Shown here in pieces: positions 35,529-36,886 of a DNA stretch of 36,886 bases. A program made the translations under genes and the position numbers. This DNA is from a virus (taxonomy: Duplodnaviria; Heunggongvirae; Uroviricota; Caudoviricetes). The notes under the pieces were generated by a model, which had not been told where the DNA came from, did not search any database, and saw only the letters and a program-made list of their open reading frames with translations. Each line of letters opens with the position of its first letter. Position 1 is the stretch's first letter. The stretch lies in the IMG/VR virus record IMGVR_UViG_3300029305_002776, one strand, 5' to 3'.

Positions 35529-36886
35529 ATGTCAGAAAAGATACTAAATACTCGTATCATACACAAACATGATACAGAGGCAAATTGGCTTAAAGCAACA
35601 AGTTTTATCCCTAAACAGGGCGAACTGATTATTTATGACAAAGATTCCAATTATCACTATGAGCGCATCAAAATTGGTGATGGTGCTACGCTAGTAAGTA
35701 GTTTGCCCTTTGTGGATGCAGGTACTTTGTCTGGAGCATCTTTAAAAACTAGTTTAAATTCAAGCAATATTGAAATACCAACTTCAAAAGCAGTGTTTGA
35801 TGCTCTTGCTCAACAATTAGAAGAGACAAAAGCATACACTGATGGTGTTGCAAACAACTATGTACCAACTACCAGAACAGTTAATGGTAAAAAACTCAGT
35901 TCGAATGTGACCCTATCCGCATCTGATGTTGGCGCATTACCAAATACTACAAAAGTCCCAAGTGCGCTTTCTGACTTAACAGCAGACGCTACGCATAGAA
36001 CTGTTACTGATGCCGAGAAAGCAACCTGGAATGCAAAGTCTGATTTTTCTGGTGATTATAACGACCTAATTAATAAGCCTACAATTCCTTCTATTTCTGG
36101 ATTATCAACTACAGCTTATGTAGATGAGGTTGCTAGCAATAAAGTAGACAAGGTGACTGGCAAGGGGTTGTCAACTAATGATTATACGACACCCGAAAAG
36201 AATAAACTTTCAGGAATCGCTAGTGGTGCAGAAGTTAACCAAAACGCCTTTTCTAATGTTGTTGTTGGTTCTACAACTATTGCTGCAGATTCTAAAACAG
36301 ATAGTTTAACCATTGCCGCAGGAACAGGCATTTCTGTCTCTGGTGATGCAACTAATGATAAGGTTACTATTACTAACTCTGGTGTTCGTTCCATTTCTAC
36401 TGGTAGCGAAAATGGTACTATTTCTGTTAATACTAATGGTACTTCTGCTAATGTTGCCGTTAATGGATTAGGCTCTGCTGCTTATACTGCATCTACCGCT
36501 TATGATGCGGCTGGAACTGCACAGACTAAAGCTGATAAGGCATTAGAGGATGCAAAACTTTATGCAGACAATATTAAGAACGACCTTCTTAGTGGTGCTG
36601 GCGCTGCGTATGACACTCTTAAAGAACTTGGTGACTTAATAGATGACAACACAGATGCAATTGGTGCTCTTGAGGCTGTTGCTGCTGGTAAATCCGATAA
36701 GGTACATAATCATGCAATTTCTGATGTTACAAATCTGCAGACTGCGCTTGATGGAAAGGCTGCAGCATCTCATGGAACTCACGTAACATATTCTACAACA
36801 GCTCCAGTAATGGACGGCACTGCTTCTGTTGGTTCTGCAAGCACAGTCGCTCGTAGTGACCATAAGCACCCTACTGACACTTCTCG
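35529..36886 (+). CDS. Tail fibre protein with an Mtd_N-like N-terminus; runs off the window end and is absent from the ORF track
   Basis: MSEKILNTRIIHKHDTEANW...GELII...IKIGDG..LPF; KVDKVTGKGLSTNDYT, AYDTLKEL and HAISDVTNLQTALDGKA fibre repeats. I read no stop to 36886. Confidence 0.85.
   Translation, partial: MSEKILNTRIIHKHDTEANWLKATSFIPKQGELIIYDKDSNYHYERIKIGDGATLVSSLPFVDAGTLSGASLKTSLNSSNIEIPTSKAVFDALAQQLEETKAYTDGVANNYVPTTRTVNGKKLSSNVTLSASDVGALPNTTKVPSALSDLTADATHRTVTDAEKATWNAKSDFSGDYNDLINKPTIPSISGLSTTAYVDEVASNKVDKVTGKGLSTNDYTTPEKNKLSGIASGAEVNQNAFSNVVVGSTTIAADSKTDSLTIAAGTGISVSGDATNDKVTITNSGVRSISTGSENGTISVNTNGTSANVAVNGLGSAAYTASTAYDAAGTAQTKADKALEDAKLYADNIKNDLLSGAGAAYDTLKELGDLIDDNTDAIGALEAVAAGKSDKVHNHAISDVTNLQTALDGKAAASHGTHVTYSTTAPVMDGTASVGSASTVARSDHKHPTDTS

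Noticed and set aside
4258-36869. Short minus-strand and alternative-frame ORFs in the track (e.g. 10158-10442, 11439-11774, 12677-13057, 25749-26060)
   Set aside because: All are nested in long + strand genes, show no recognisable motifs, and mirror the sense-strand codon bias.
22353-36886. Complete diversity-generating retroelement
   Set aside because: No reverse transcriptase ORF or template/variable repeat pair was seen. Only the target-like domain is reported.
1-36886. Stop-codon reassignment
   Set aside because: Long ORFs are intact in the standard code, and TAA, TGA and TAG all end genes at sensible boundaries. The two breaks are explained by introns.
1-36886. CRISPR array, tRNA, rRNA, integrase or IS element
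   Set aside because: No regularly spaced repeats, cloverleaf, recombinase or transposase motifs were seen by eye.

Overview
This window is part of a large tailed-phage genome, with every real gene on the + strand, in an order matching my recollection of the Bacillus SPbeta yonO-yom late region. The host is probably a Firmicute (inferred). From left to right it carries: the 3' part of a YonO-type single-subunit RNA polymerase (DFDGD motif), split by a group I intron with a GIY-YIG endonuclease; a coupled HTH/Zn-ribbon protein; ClpP-like, PhoH-like, YonK-like and HU-like proteins and a metallophosphoesterase; a packaging and head module (Zn-finger protein, large terminase, portal, protease/scaffold, decoration protein, major capsid); a neck gene split by a second group I intron with its own GIY-YIG endonuclease; tail completion and tail tube genes; a 2429-aa tail protein with CotH-kinase-like, LRR and DUF6273-like domains; XkdW/XkdX-like chaperones; several fibre proteins; and a phosphodiester-glycosidase/PG-binding protein. 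The main unexplained structure is a 15-bp motif, ACA(A/G)TACAAAATTAT, found 7 times (5 exact, 2 variants) upstream of genes and once inside each intron, which is a candidate promoter for the phage RNA polymerase. Other points of interest are a terminator/antiterminator switch, extreme CTA-Leu bias in the capsid gene, and an internal start inside the protease gene. No databases were searched; family names come from recalled motifs and gene order.
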